From NCBI GenBank assembly GCA_964304625.1, contig OZ199839.1:387970-451969 (forward strand): 64,000 nucleotides of DNA, read 5' to 3'. Below, in pieces: positions 1 through 13,100 of this stretch (the first letter of the stretch is position 1; each line of letters begins with the position of its first letter). This DNA is from Kudoa neothunni (Eukaryota > Animalia > Cnidaria). Both the position numbers and the translations under genes were made by a program. The notes below the pieces were generated by a model that was not told where the DNA came from, searched no databases, and worked only from the letters and a program-made list of their open reading frames with translations.

Positions 1-50
1 GATTACTACAACCTTCCTACTTAATTTCGGATTAGGACCACAGGAACTCC

Positions 51-120
51 CGGACTAGGCTTCGAACTTGCAACCTCGCGATATGCAATCTCAACCTAAC
101 ACCGCTATGCCATATTGTCC
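51..120 (-). mobile_element. tRNA-derived (Cys-GCA-like) pseudogene or SINE head; the element may run off the left edge of the window
   Basis: Minus strand reads GGACAATA-TGGCATAGCGG (A box)...TTGAGA TTGCATA TCGCGA (anticodon-like arm, GCA)...AGTTCGAAGCC (B box)...TAGTCC. The T stem and acceptor stem pair poorly, so it is unlikely to be a functional tRNA. Confidence 0.55.
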
Positions 121-1334
121 AGGCTTTTCTCATCAGAATGGTCCAAACTTCTTTCTCAAATAATCCCATTTGTCTACATAACCCAAATTGCCGCATAATT
201 AAAATAAAATCGCCGAGTAAGTATTCTTCAGCATTATAATTCAAAAATAAAGTTGTTAGTTAATAAAATCCGATATATCTGAAAAAATCGACGTTTCTTC
301 GTCCATTTGATAGGAGAACCTCGAAATTATATCAACAGAAACTTTCGAGCGATCGACGAAGAATTCCACATGGGAATAGATGGGATACTAATTACAGATT
401 TTCTTGGAAATTTGTCGATGTAATTCTACGGGAATTTCTCATTTAATTATTTAAAATTTTTCAAATTAATGTAAACGAAAAACCCCTGGGGTGTTGTTCG
501 CCTCAAACCCATTAGAACAGTGTTTTCCTACAAATTTTACACCCTTACCCAAATCTTAATTTCCGCGTTCACTTCGCACCCCCTCCTCCATGCGAATTTC
601 AAGACTCCATTTTACTTTTTATTTAAATGCGAAAATAATAATACCAATGAAATATGTCTAAAAATTATAATTTTTATTATTTTAGTTTATATTCTGACAT
701 ACAAATTTCCCCAATTACTTCTGAAATAAATTAAAACCAAAATTTTTTGGTTAACTCAATTTGCTATGCATAAATGAAAAAGGACGAACATTATCATTTC
801 ACTCCTCATGACTCAACATTCAATTATTGGAGCTTTTATTCATTCCTGCTTATATGTATCATTTTACGTAAAGTAATAAATAATTATAATAAATTATGTT
901 ATTATAATTATTCCAAAATCTTACACGAAAAAAATAAACAATTTTTGATACGTGATTATAAAAAGTATGGCCGCTTAAATAAGTTCTGTACTTAAATGTG
1001 AAAATTAAATAAGCCGAATAAAAATAGCTAATTCGTATAGTTCACACGAAACATTATTTCAAAATCAATTGTTATTTAGTATTTATTTGATCTGGCGGCT
1101 CTCTTACTTTCGCTAGGTTTTCATAAATAATTCAACGCAGGAAATTTTGTTGGACTATGAAGCATAGAAAACGTTTGGGGTTAAATGAATTCCAATACGT
1201 ATTATTTGTATATAATAAAGTCGATAACCTTTTTTCATATGATATCTTGTACTAACTAAATCTAGCGACATCTTTATTCTATATTGAGTCATACTTTAGC
1301 TTAAATTTTGAGTTAGTGGGTTAATAAAAATTCA

Positions 1335-2000
1335 ATAGATTCAAAAAATATGTTTTCGAAATATACTTGACGAAAATAATTAATATATATTGTTCAAATT
1401 GGCATTCATTTATTTACGTGTATAAATGAATGCTTTGATCCTTGTTTTACCTATACATTAATTAACAATTTAACTTAGATTTATATCAGAGGCAGGGTAC
1501 AAATTCGAAAGTAAAACTTGAAACGTAGCATAATAAAAACTATACAATTAAATTATAGATCTCAATTTTAGACAGAAGACAAAGTTAAAACTACATCGTG
1601 GTTTTATTTTTATGGATATAGATTATTTCTAAGTAGACAAAAATGTTGAAAACCTAATTACAGCTTAAGCATGTAAATATGTTGTTATAAAAGATAACAA
1701 AGTTACGATTTTATATGAAAATAGCAATAGTTAGATTTTATAAGCTGAATAGGCTTAATATAAACTACTACCATACTGCGCTATTTTGTGGAATCAATTA
1801 AAATAAATTATCATATACCATTTTTTGAATAGAAACTAATTGATATCAAAACAACCAAAAATATTACTACACGCACTATGTCCTTATATAATTTAAACGG
1901 GGACTAACGAAAATTACGAAGTGAATAAATTAAGATTAATTTTTAAATTTATTCTAGAATGACTCCCATTCCCCCAATGAAGGCTCTTCGAACCCCCTGT
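1335..2000. repeat. Interspersed repeat with an inverted copy at ~44520-45178; a piggyBac-type end (GGGGTGCAATACACC...AGGG-TTAA) follows at ~2164-2199
   Basis: Long blocks such as TGTATAAATGAATGCTTTGATCCTTGTTT and AATAAATTAAGATTAATTTTTAAAT occur reverse-complemented at 44520-45178. Confidence 0.75.
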
Positions 2001-2571
2001 AGAGAAACGCTGCGTTAGAGGATGGAATATTTTGGCATGACCTGAACTTATATTTTCGCCAAGTTTTTGATATGTGGTATGTTTATTAAATATAGGAGAA
2101 TAGCGTAAATTTCAATTTTCTACAAGAAGGTTGTAAAATTTTAGCCCACATTAGATGTGGCTTGGGGTGCAATACACCGCAGATCCGTTATAGGGTTAAT
2201 GTGTGAACAAATTACAATGTTTAATCGGAAAATGTGGCTATTATTCTACATTTTAGCCAATAATTTATAAAAATAACATTTCAAAGGAGATTTAAGTGAT
2301 ATTTCAAGTAGAAACAAATCTCACATTCAGATAATTATATAATTATAAGTAGGGATTGCAGTTTTCGATTAAAATTAATTTTGGTCGTCGAATTTTTAAA
2401 AAAGTTTCGGTGTTTATTTTCCGAGAATATTCAAATCTCCTGAGAAGCTTGAAATGGATAGTAACCGGTGAGAAACTGATAGTTTTATTGTTGAGGGGAT
2501 CGACATAATGAAAGTAGAAAATGAATTAGTTTATAAATATTGAAAATTGAAATCATCACTACAACAAAATA

Positions 2572-3201
2572 CAGTCGAACGAACCTCGATTACCCGGAAG
2601 AAATTTTAAATTTTATTTGGATTTTATTGACATTACGTACCGATAAATGTTCGATTGTCCGGAAGAGCAATATGATCATATTCCGGATAAAAGTAACACC
2701 CATTACCGTACGACATATACAATGTAGCATATACACCAATGCAATATTTAAAAAAAATATTTCTAGGTTATTTATTAATAAATTTTCCTTTTAAAATTCA
2801 AGTTAAGCATTCAGTCCTTATATAAATTTGTACTATATCTGAACATATACCTGTACGTATATTCAACAAAAATTAATTATCGATTATTGAAAAAAGCAGA
2901 TTACTCCTCTGTAGACGTGTAAAAACTGCCATAATTATGCACTGTTTTCTTTTACGTCTCCATATTCTTAGTTAAGTTAATAGATACGTCAACATTTTTA
3001 ATTTAAATAGAAGTTGAGATATTTTGCGTAATAAGTAGTAAAAATTTCTAATTAATCAAGTAAACAAACTTTTAAGTAGAAATTTAAAAAAACGAGCACA
3101 CACAAGACATTGTTTATGTTCGATTAGCCGGAACTTCACTATCCTCCATCTGGAAGGCAAATCATCGGTCCAAAATTTTCCGGATAATCGATGTTTGACT
3201 G
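2572..3201. mobile_element. Tc1/mariner (pogo/Tigger-type) MITE, copy 1
   Basis: TA TSD; TIRs CAGTCGAAC(GAAC)CTCGATTACCCGGAA and TTCCGGATAATCGATGTTTGACTG. A highly similar copy lies at 55931-56507. Confidence 0.85.
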
Positions 3202-3257
3202 TAGAATGGAAAGGGACATTGACACGGATCATAATATCCAGAAGGGTACAGTTTTGA

Positions 3258-3320
3258 CTGTATTTAATTATTTTTGGCCCCTAATAGCAATTTCGATGGG
3301 TCAAAAATAATTAAATACAG
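3258..3320. repeat. AT-rich hairpin repeat, copy 1 of 4 (others at 32345, 38523, 54270)
   Basis: 23-bp stem CTGTATTTAATTATTTTTGGCCC / GGGTCAAAAATAATTAAATACAG with a 17-nt loop. Confidence 0.75.
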
Positions 3321-4068
3321 CAGAATCTAAAAAATAAATTTAATAGATCAACTATAAATAGGAGGTAATGGGATTAAAAACTTCTGTGTTAACAGACAGA
3401 GCCAAATAGAATTTACAAGCAAACGACCTCGAGGAAACATATTTCGTTATAAGATCGTTTCAAGGCACTTATTCGCCAGTTATTTTTTTTAAGATAGAAA
3501 AAATGACAAGATCTAGAACAAATTGATCTCTGTTATTATTCTCAATAGTCACCTTCCATAGTTATTTAATGGGGGAAGATTCGTACGGGAATCCTGTTCC
3601 AATTTTTTTAAATTTAAGGTGTCCAACATAGGCGCGCACAATATTTAACCAATAAAGTAGGCGTCAATTTTAGTCGTTGAATATTTTAAAAGTAAACGGT
3701 GATCCCTCACTATAAGTAACACAGGCCAAGCAATTTATACAATCTTAATTTAACTAAAGTTTAACAATAGGTGAAATTTAGTCTTAATGAAATAAAAAAA
3801 GTAATTTTATTGAAAAAAATAATATTATGTTAAGAGTTTAATTAATAATTTGGTGAGTGTGTAGATATGCATCAAAAAATTTTTAACCTAATCCTCGTTC
3901 TATGCAAAAAGTCGAATTTGAGACGTCCATGAATAAACTTCGACTATAATTGTCGAATTTAAAAAATACAAACGTCGATAATTGCATGATCCAATCGAAA
4001 CTAACATCCAATAAAATTTAGAGCCACTATTCACCAACACAACTCAGTACAAGCATTAGAAACAATGT

Positions 4069-5269
4069 TTAATTGGTAAGATATTTGGAGAATTCTTTCA
4101 ATTTTTCCACACCTCTAACCTCGTAAGGAAGCAATGGGGTTTTGATGATGTGAAAATCTTCGTAGAGTTGTTCTATTTGATCGAGATATTTTTGTTGATT
4201 CTTTCGGCGTGATTCACAAAAGGCGCAATTATCACCTATATCATATTATTTAGTGTATTATCATAACAAATATTATTTCAACTTTGAATTAGTTGGTTTA
4301 CAAAAATTGTATTCACATCTATGCCCATACGAAATAATTGCTGCACCAAACGTTCGGTTTCATACAACGATAAAAATTCCGAAATACACACCACTGCAAA
4401 TGTGCATCTCTTGGGATCTTTCAGCATTTCACCGACTTTTTTAACCACAGGCAACATTTCATCAAGTTTTCTTGTGAGACTGTCTAAATTGGTGTCTCCA
4501 AGACCCATCAATGTGGCCAACTGGAAGACATGAATTAGAAACCATTGTGTAACCTCTAACCAACATACCTGATTGAACATTCCACTAATTTGACTTTTTA
4601 ACGCTAATAATTTCGTCAATGATTCCTCTAATACAAATGGAAATGAAATCAATCGCAACGTGTGTCCAGTTGGAGCGGTATCAAAAATGACCAACGAATA
4701 GTTATAACTTTGCACCAACCTAAAATAAAAAAATTATACGATACATGAAAGGAATCAACAAGGTGAAATCACTTCATCACTTCTGCAAAACTCATTGCCT
4801 CATCTATTCCCGGAAAAGCACTCATAAATTCTTTGACTGCATGTTTACCCATAGCAAAAATATCTAATTCAATCGGTTGAATTAGCGAATATCTAAAAAA
4901 TCAACCATCTACCATATGATCCATCTCGTTGAAGCATATCCTCCGGCAGTTCAGAAAACCCCATATTTGGATCAATCTCCATAGCGTACAGATTGGCAAA
5001 CCCTTGAACTAGTGCCGGAGTCTTGGAGAATTTTTGATCAAATGAATCCGATATGTTATGGGCTGGATCGGTTGAAATGATCAAAACACTCTCTCTAACT
5101 TGAGCAAAGCGTATCGCCAAGCTACAACTAATTTTCATATATCAGAGTGTGAAACATTTTGGTGCACTAACAAATACCTTGTAGTGGTCTTTCCCACACC
5201 TCCTTTGCCACTCAAAAATATCCATGATAGTTCATCATTTTTTAAGAGGTGATCTATCGTTGGGTCCAT
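4069..5269 (-). CDS. ASNA1: ATPase GET3/ASNA1 (tail-anchored protein insertion), multi-exon
   Basis: Spliced translation [35 protein letters not shown]...ISTDPAHN...[10 protein letters not shown]...[11 protein letters not shown]...[16 protein letters not shown]...CAFC...EVRG. First intron 5128-5177 (50 nt, GT-AG); TAA stop at 4069-4071. Confidence 0.97.
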
Positions 5270-6181
5270 TATTGACGAGAAGTTACGTCAACCACCGATG
5301 CGAACATTACGATGTTTTCGCCACTTGACCAATACTATGCTAACTAAAATCTATATTTTTAATCCTTTTATTCATTCGAAAAAGTTCTAACATTTATTTA
5401 GATGCTTAAATTAAATGAATTTTATAAGGATTTAATAATGTTGTATCAACTAGTTCACATATGTATTGTCCTTATCTAATGAGTTTTTTGAGATTACACT
5501 AAAATTAATAATATTTTGTTGGGTTCAAGAATCATTCCCATGCGCTCACGCTTCACTTTCACACAAATCCTAATAACGCTCATTTTCCTACCATATATTA
5601 TCCAAACACCATTATTGAAAAAATGGTAAAAAAATTAAATTAGTAATCTTATACATACTTTCAATCCTTGCCATGTGAAATAAATCTACCCCTTTTCTAA
5701 AACAATTCCCATAACGCAATTAAGGAGTTAAGAATGAGCCAGCTTTATAAAACAACCCATTTTTATTGAACCCTTATCGATTTGATTTTCTGCATTGGTT
5801 TCTATTGGTATTTTTGTGCAGAGAAAAAAGATTTAAAAGTATTATCTCTAGTGTTTAAAGTGATGGTGAATATTAATGTTTAATGTATAAAATTAACATT
5901 TTCGACCCACTTGAAAAACTTGAAAACAAATTCAAGGGATTATTTGTTGTTACATTTGTTTTTTTATTAAAAGTATCTAAAAATTAACAATAACTTTTTA
6001 CTTTGTTCTAATGTGTATAAATGTACACTTTAGGTTATATTCTAAGGGCGGGGTAATTGTGGTGTCCTGAAATAATCATTTTTTCCAAAATCAAAGTATA
6101 TTATTTATTTTTGTTTCAAAATTTACTGTAAACTCAAAAGCAAAATTCATTAATGTTAATTGCTTCAAATTTATAATTAAA

Positions 6182-9100
6182 CTAGCCCGAACTGCCCAGT
6201 GTTTCTTGGGGAAGATTTCGCATAGAGACGTTTCTTAATAACACTAAAAAAAATATTGTTTCAAATTTATTTATAGTAGCAGTCAAATTAAATTTTTTAA
6301 GCATCATAATTTGTCGATTTTTATTTAGAAATCTAAATCATGATCATTTCTGTGCAGGATTGTATTAATCCCGGTTTCTAATTAACAATTTCTTGTCCCA
6401 GCACCAACGCTAAATAATTTAAGGCCGGTGTCATATTTATTGTCGTTCCCAAATTATTCAACTCTCTTAAAGTGAAATCTAACGCGTTATTTTTCGGCCA
6501 GGGGGATTTTTAAAGTCGAATTTTGGCCTAAATCAGAAAATGTGTGCATCACTAACTTTTAAGGGATAAAAAATAGAAAAGGTAATAGAGATAGAAGAAA
6601 ACATAAGAAAATTAATTTTTATTGCTCAACTTATATCTTTTGACCTCGCACAAACTTTAATACGCTTTTTCCAACTAACAACCACAAATCGCACCTATAT
6701 CAACACATATAATTTAAATAATCGGATAAAGTAAACGTACAACCGTCTGCACTGAATTGAATTGAATCACTGAAATTTCAACATAACGGACGATTTCAAT
6801 GAAATCTACGGACACAGTACTTACATTATAGTGCTTCAATCTATATGATTATAACATGCACTACCAACTCGCTAACAATAATGCAAATATTGACTTGTTG
6901 TCATATCTAAACTCGTTAATAGAACCTTCATAACGTGTTTATCAAGTCAATTACATTAAAATAACCGACATAAGAAGTTTATTTGCTCAAACAATAAAAT
7001 AAACACGTCAGTCTTATATATTAATATAGATTACATCGCTCAATTCATATTGGATAGAGTATATAAGGGGAAGTCAACTTCAACCGACCAACAACATGGC
7101 ATAAGCAGATGCTGATCCTACCGTTGAATTCGCGTAATCTGATAAACAAACTTTAAATCGACAAAATCAGTATTCGTAAACACTTTTTGTACACTTTAGC
7201 CACATGAAAACAACTGAACGATTTTTTCAAATATCACAAACTTTTTGAAATTTTATATATTGCTCTGTATAAAGAAATAAATTTATCGCGTTTGCGAACT
7301 TAGGCACAGACTATTGTAGAGCGTGTGGCTCCCCATTTTTAGAGTTTTTTGCGACTTTTTTCGTTGGAGATGGTTTTAAAAAATTGTATATGCCCTTCTC
7401 ATCTGGAGCGTATCAGAATTTAAAAAAGTAATAGTTCTCTTAATCGCGTATATGATGGTGTGGTCATTAGCATAATCCTCCGTTTAACATGGGTTCCTAT
7501 ATTTCACTACGAAAGAATATAAATTTAAATACAAGTAGTGCATTGAAATGTTTAATATATTTAAGATTATATTCTATCGAAATATATTTCACAATGAGTC
7601 ATTACCAACGATGGTTGTTCAGGCATGTATAATATTGAAACTTTATCCATACTCATAGCATTTTTTCAATTATATTTTATCTTAATTAAAGCAATATAAT
7701 TGTTTTTAGTATAATAAATTTTTTGGTCAAAATATTACATTCGTAGAAGAAATTATTAAGCGTTATTTGATAAATTGTCTCCAAAACTGGACTAAAGTGT
7801 GATTATTAATTCGAAAATTAGTAAATTAATAAAATAACAGTTATTAAACAAATTTATAATTGAGAATAATCTTTGGAAATAAAAATTATTTTGACGTACT
7901 ATTGTTGCTGTAAATTTAACTTTGTTTGAATACAAATCAATTTTTATTGTTTGATCAATTTTCAAATTGGATTTTTAATTCTTAGTAAAATATACTATGC
8001 ATTTTTTATTATTTAATTTCTTTTTTCTTCATTACTTGATTTTTAATTGACGAAACAAAGTCAAATATTGATTTTGGAGTTTAATTAAATTAATGGAAAC
8101 CTACAATAGTATTCTAACGTTTCTTTGATTCAAATTTAAGTTCTACTTCGAAATTATATACATATTTTATTTTATAAAGTTTTAAACAAATATTTTGACG
8201 AATATAATATTAATTTAATTATCATATTCCAATGATGTCGAATATTAATACTTTTTCGTAACAAGCAAAACTCAAACTAAAAGCTCTTAATTTGTTGTTA
8301 TTTTTAAATTCGTTTTAAAAATAGAAATCAATATATATTTTCTATATCATTACAAAGTATGGTTAATTTTTCTCTTAGGTATGTTGGTGGTTTCTCACCT
8401 TTTTATTAGCGGTTATGCAATTATGCAATGAGAGGAAATAGTATTTTTGGAAAATTTCATGTCGAGGAAGTGATAGAAAACAAGGAATCGGGATGTTGTA
8501 TAACAATGGATCTTTGGAAGTTGAATAATACCACAAATATTTATTTTACCTTTTCTTGTTTAATATTTGTTTTGAATTTTCATTGAAATATATCCAAGTT
8601 GATATCGATTTAAAAATAACACTTTTACATAATCAATGATATAAGGAGCTAGATTTTTATTAAACAAGGGATAATTGTGAAGTTATTCTTAACCATTCTT
8701 GAGGGTATAAATTAATCCGTGCGCTGAGGTTTGTCAGCCATTCGGACAATGAAAACATTTGCTACCGAAAAAGACAAACTCTTTGTTTTATAGTTTTATA
8801 ACTGACACAAAAACCATCATCTGTTAAGTGTATCGTGTACATTCACATTTGGAATAATGAAATCGACAATCTGAGGAGATGAATATTTTTTTGATCAATC
8901 ATGGAAAATTTTTTAGAGTAATCCAAACTACTTTTCAGTTTTAATGATTGAAAAATTTCGGTCCGAATAATAAATATCAAGAAGTAGAGCCTACCTTGAA
9001 ATATTATTACTATTTATTATTATTATTATTATAATTTAATGGTTAAAATATGCAATTTCATTTGAAAAATATTAAATATATGGTGATTTATAAAATATTA

Positions 9101-9860
9101 ATCTAAATAGAAATATACTATACTTAGATAGATAGATAGATAGAAGAATAATTCGATGTTAACAACTGATGGAACAATAAAAAATTACGCAAACATACCG
9201 TGTAATTATGTTTATTTTCCATGAATTATTATCCATCAACGAAAATTCATTTCTTAAGATTGTCCTCATCTTTAAAAACTTGTAAGAACTATTAAGTTAG
9301 TTGGTTATACATTTTCCAGTTAATAATCACTTCTTAGAGTCAAGGTTAGGAGACAATGTATCAAATAACACTCAATAACTGCATCTAATAATGTAGTGTT
9401 TCAACCGGAAAAATTTATAGTACTAAAAATAGTTACTTTTCCTTTATTAAGCAAAAATTTAAATGAGAAAGTGTTGTGAGTATGGAGAAACTTTTAATAT
9501 TCTATATTTCTGAACAACAGCCGTTAATAATGATTTATTGTTAATTTTTTTTAAATAATAACATGTAAAAATATATCAAACATTTTAATGCACTACTTGT
9601 ATTTAAATTTATATTCTTTCGTAGTGAAATATAGAAACCAATGATTAACGTGACGATTATATTGTTGAATTCACTATCAAATATGCAATCAGAAGGGAAA
9701 TTTTGATGCGCTCCAGATGAGAAGAGCATTTAAGATTTTTTGGAACCACTTCCCACGAAAAAAGTCGTAAGAAGTGCTAACAATGGAGGCCGTCACACGC
9801 TCCGCAATTACCGTTATACTTTCCTGTCAAGCCGATAGTAACATTATACGTATTAGAAGA
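6182..9860 (-). mobile_element. Non-autonomous Helitron, copy 1, interrupted by a Merlin-like element at ~7308-9813
   Basis: The minus-strand 3' end is a CCCAAG..CTGGG hairpin followed by CTAG^T at 6182. The sequence is colinear with 15184-16388 and has an internal TC-type 5' end at ~7030. The outer 5' end near 9860 is approximate. Confidence 0.7.
7308..9813. mobile_element. Merlin-like element with ~110-bp TIRs and a heavily decayed interior
   Basis: 7312-7420 (GAGCGTGTGG...TCTCATCTGGAGCG) is the inverted match of 9698-9812 (CGCTCCAGATGAGAAG...CACACGCTCCGCAATTACC). The right part is repeated at 18842-19306. Confidence 0.7.
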
Positions 9861-10139
9861 ACTTAAAAACTCTTCCAGATTTAACTTAAATTGACAAATT
9901 TAATCATATTTTTTAATTTATTTCTGTTTAATAGTGTAAATCGAGATAAAATATTTTTTTATTGCGATACGACAAAAAAATCAACATAAATCACAGTAAT
10001 TTGTCATAGGCCGGTTATCTAAAATCAAACAATATTTAAATCAAGTATAAAACAAAATGTAAAAAACTTTTTGAGGTTCTAATCACGCATATTAACGACC
10101 TCGATCGAGGGATTAATCGAAACCAGCCTCTTCTACACA

Positions 10140-13100
10140 ATGAACAATGAAAAAATTGAAAATGAAGTGTGTGAATTAATGAATGAATTTAAAATCCATG
10201 AAAACCAACTAACTACAATAGTTAAGTAATGTTTTTAGCATCTTCAATCTTATTCATGAGGGTTAATTCGATTAGAACTGCTCTTGAAAAAGATGTCCAA
10301 TTGCAACTGCTGGATGCGCTAAGAAATTTTGTCACCGAATGTGAAGATACACTGCATAATGTGTGTGCAAACAACTACTCGACGCTGTTGGATTCTATCA
10401 ATAGAATTGGAGAGGTTCGAACGGATTTCGATAGATTCAAAGTAGGTTTGTCTGTGTGGGAATTTTTAGGTTGATTCCACTTCTCTATCTCTTTAGGGAG
10501 ATATACATGACCTCACCCAACAAGTTAATGATGTAACTAACCAGGTGCCCAATTTATTATGCATGTTTCATGATTGACTTACATGTTTGTTGTAGTTGAA
10601 AAGCAAAACAGACAAAGTGATAAATCTCAACAATGCCAAGAAAAATATTGAAAAGTCTAAACAACTTTTAGCCACATGTCTTCCAGGTAATAGAACTAAG
10701 CTGACATGGTGGGTTTGTTGTCATGGAAAAATGTTGATTAGCATTGAATGTTTATATCAAACTAAATCACGAAGCTACTAATGAGTAAATTGTGTTTGAC
10801 TGTTTACAAATGGTTGAGTGGGAGTCATTGAAATAGTATAAGGAAAGCCTTAGAGTATTATAGAGTATTGGAGCAAGAATTGATTCCGCCAATCAAAGAG
10901 TGGGAAATTTCTAATTTAATCTATATCGAAAAATCGTCTAATTTTCTAGTTTTCGCTTCATTAAAAATATATCAGAATCGCTTCCGGAAATCAAAGAATG
11001 TATTCTTAAAAGTGCTCGTAACAGCGTCTTGGTAAGTGACTTATAATATGTTATGTTGGATTATGTGGTGTTACTCGTTTAGGAATTCCTAGAAAAAGCA
11101 AAGGCAGTAGGCCAACATGTAGGCCAGTGTGTGCTCAATCACACCAAATTCAATACTGGTTGCATAGAAACAAATGAAAACTATGTATATCCACAACAAA
11201 TAATTAATTTTAATTATCACCAAATAGTTAAGCGAGATTGAAGGAATTATGGATATTTTGGATTTTTCAGTTTTAAAACGATACACCTTGGTTGTCAATG
11301 CGATTGTAATTCATTAGAAATGTGATGGATTACATTTGCCTTTTAAGGGAGCTAAGGGAAAAGATGAACAATTTTACAAAAACGAACGTTTAGCTCAAGT
11401 TAATATTCTCTCAGATTGGACAAATACAGCCAAAACAGTAATTTATTTTTTCACATGGCTGTTTCCACAGACTAAAATATTCATAAGATTGGATCTGTTT
11501 GATCTTATTCATCTTAAGTTTAAACGCCGCCTTGGCAATAAGAATGGCTAATGTTCTTCCTAGCAATTAAGCTGTAATAGAACATCTTTTTCTAAATGTC
11601 TATATTTGGAAAGTAGTTAAAATCATTGTTCGAACATAAGGAAATTATGCTATATAATAGTGCCAAAATGACTCAGAATCAGAGTATGTTATTAGAGTTA
11701 ATGCGTATGAAAGTTAGAAAACGCCAACTTTGGTACGGTTTATTTTTTTTGTCGTATATCAAATAACTTAATGTAAAAACACCTTCCAAATAAAATTAAT
11801 TAAAATGTTGATACATGTGATTTTTAAAAATTTACGGAAATTCTATCGAGTAAACAATGAATAAATAACGAACCACTATACATGCAATGTTGGTAAAAAC
11901 ATGTCGTTCTTTCTAGAATACAACGATAGCTCTCCATTCTCTCATCATTTTTATACCAGTTATTCAAAATACGATGAATTTTCATCGATCTGCTTATTTA
12001 TAAGTTGTAGAGAGCGTCCAAAAACATATGTGAGAATTGTTAATAGGTATTTTTAGTTTCGTATTGTAGAATGCATTAAAAAGACATATGATATACTTGT
12101 TAAATATTTTGACAATTTTTGTGTTTTTCTGTGCAGTTTTACACTGCGTTGTTTAAAATAAAAAAAATTTATTTTTAGCTGTTATGAAAGTTGAATTAAA
12201 TATTAAAACTAAAAAAACGCACAAATACAATCATACTCCCTAGAAATGTAACAGCATTAATGTTGGCACATGAATATATAGAATATAATTTTAATAGTTG
12301 GTCATTTATTCAAAATTTATTCGATGAATTTTCATCATATTTTGTCAGTTAATGCTGAATTTTATTCGGAGGGTGTAAGTTTTTAGGCTACTTAGATGGT
12401 TAAAGTTGCTATATTTGATATGTTGAAATATACAGATATTTATATTTCCCATTCCAAAATTTATTGAATCTGCCAAAATAAATATTGGCGTGCAATCACA
12501 TATAAATTTAGATTAAATTAATCTGTGTAAATTGCTTCAGTTATCTTAATTTGATTTTATTTGATTTAAATTTAGAATGTATTTAAAAATTTTTCGGATC
12601 ATCTACTTCGACTCATTGGGTAATTCCAGCATCAAGCACATTTTTTTCACATACATTCACGGATGTTTAAGATTTTTTGTTGTCGAGGTTTTCATTTCGA
12701 ATAACATATCTAACACATTTTCCAAGTATCGTAAATACTGAAAAAACTTAATCTATAATATTTTATCTATAGAGGACAACTGAATGAAATATTTGAACGT
12801 TGTTCTCAAAGTTTAGTGTATCAATTGGAAACCCAATGCGTAAGATGTAATTATTCTGATCCATATATTTCATATAACAAAAAAGGAGCTGGAAACAATA
12901 GCTGAAGTGTCCGAGCTGAAACGTTTACTCTCTAACACACATCATGTTATGTCGGTAGTTTTCATCGAATCGATGAAACATAACTAACGGTTAATTTGAA
13001 AGATTTGTGGACTTTACTCCTCCATATTAAAGGATAGTGAAAAGATAATAAAGTATTATTGTGTTTCGGTATGCGACAAATGATTTTTTTAACAAGAAAA

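Larger units (their letters stand above)
2350..4013. mobile_element. Possible degenerate hAT-like non-autonomous element hosting nested inserts
   Basis: Imperfect TIRs TAGGGATTGCAGTTTTCGATT and AATCGAAACTAACATCCAATA, with repeated GTCGAATTT subterminal motifs. No clean TSD. Confidence 0.35.
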
